Origin: Lophium mytilinum
Lineage: Eukaryota
Direction: 5' to 3'
DNA: 64,000 nt
Assembly: GCA_010093605.1 (NCBI GenBank)
Contig: MU004185.1
Coordinates: 765,334-829,333, forward strand
The notes under the pieces were generated by a model. The model was not told where the DNA came from. It was given only the letters and a program-made list of their open reading frames with translations, and searched no databases. Positions 63,284 through 64,000 of the stretch are shown here, one piece after another. Both the position numbers and the translations under genes were made by a program. The number at the start of each line of letters is the position of its first letter. The stretch's first letter is position 1.

Positions 63284-64000
63284 ATGGACAATCGGGCGAG
63301 GCTGTATCTAGCAGGGGCATTCGCTCTAGGTGTCCTGCTTACGTTGGGATATAAAGACCTTTACCCCGATCTCGAGCGACGTTTTCGTTCCCGCCGGCGA
63401 AAGAGGAGAGTTTACAAAGATTCAGAAAATATTGCTACGGCCTCTGATCATGTCGTTCTGAGAGACCTCTCAAATGATTCCTCTCCGCATCTTCCAGAAG
63501 GTGAGATCCGGGAGGGAATTGAAGGCTGTATTGGAAATACGCCACTGATCAAGATCAAATCCTTGTCTGATGCCACCGGCTGTGAGATTCTAGCCAAAGC
63601 AGAGGTACCTATTCTTTTTAAGTGTCAAAAGGCCGTAGGCTCACTCCACTTAAGTTCTTGAACGGAGCTGGCAACAGCCCAAAGGACAGAGTGGCACTCA
63701 ATATCATAAAAGTGGTAGGTTCTCTTGCCTCACAAGGGTATAGGTGGTGCTGATCAGGTACCGTAAAAGGCAGAGGAAGAAGGGCTTTTGACGCCAGACT
63801 CTGGAGACATGATTTACGAAGGAACAGTTGGAAGCACCGGTAATTACTTTCATCAACACATTATCTTTCCTACTGCTATACAGACTTACTTCAGCGCTAG
63901 TACCAATGAAAACACAAAGTAACACCGTTGTAGGAATATCTTTGGCTGCTATCTGTAGAGCTAGAGGCTACCTGGCTCATATGTATGCCTCAATGTCCTT
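63284..64000 (+). CDS. Cysteine synthase-like PLP enzyme with N-terminal membrane anchor (Mcy1/Cys12-like), 3'-partial
   Basis: Hydrophobic N-terminus, CIGNTPLIKIKSLSDATGCEILAKAE/FLNGAGNSPKDRVAL, IYEGTVGST/GISLAAICRARGYLAH across successive introns. Confidence 0.9.

Overview
Gene-dense region of a filamentous ascomycete (Pezizomycotina, probably a Dothideomycete; inferred from short GT-AG introns with CTRAC/CTRAT branch sites, protein sequence and RIP relics). I can support 17 protein-coding genes: BNA1 (5'-partial), ORC3, a G-patch protein, a DUF3712 protein, a WrbA/Pst2/Ycp4 flavodoxin-like quinone reductase, an F-box-like protein, BRR2, ARC35, DIP2/UTP12, TFIIS, EAF6, an NsdC-like C2H2 factor, CreB/UBP13, an LSD1-like demethylase, dynamitin, a MidA/NDUFAF7-family methyltransferase and a 3'-partial cysteine-synthase-like gene. 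There are two AT-rich RIP islands: a full-length 8.06-kb Ty1/Copia element (LTRs, 5-bp TSD, PBS, PPT) that appears to carry two extra ORFs, and an unclassified repeat relic. A ~0.7-kb MITE-like inverted-repeat element lies upstream of nsdC. The strongest candidate novelty is in the quinone reductase gene: it ends in the readthrough context TGA-CTA-G, followed by a 58-codon in-frame extension ending in a CaaX box (...GPCGLPSKCLIL*). One gene may therefore make both a non-lipidated and a lipid-anchored isoform. All gene identities come from recognising motifs by eye; no database searches were run.
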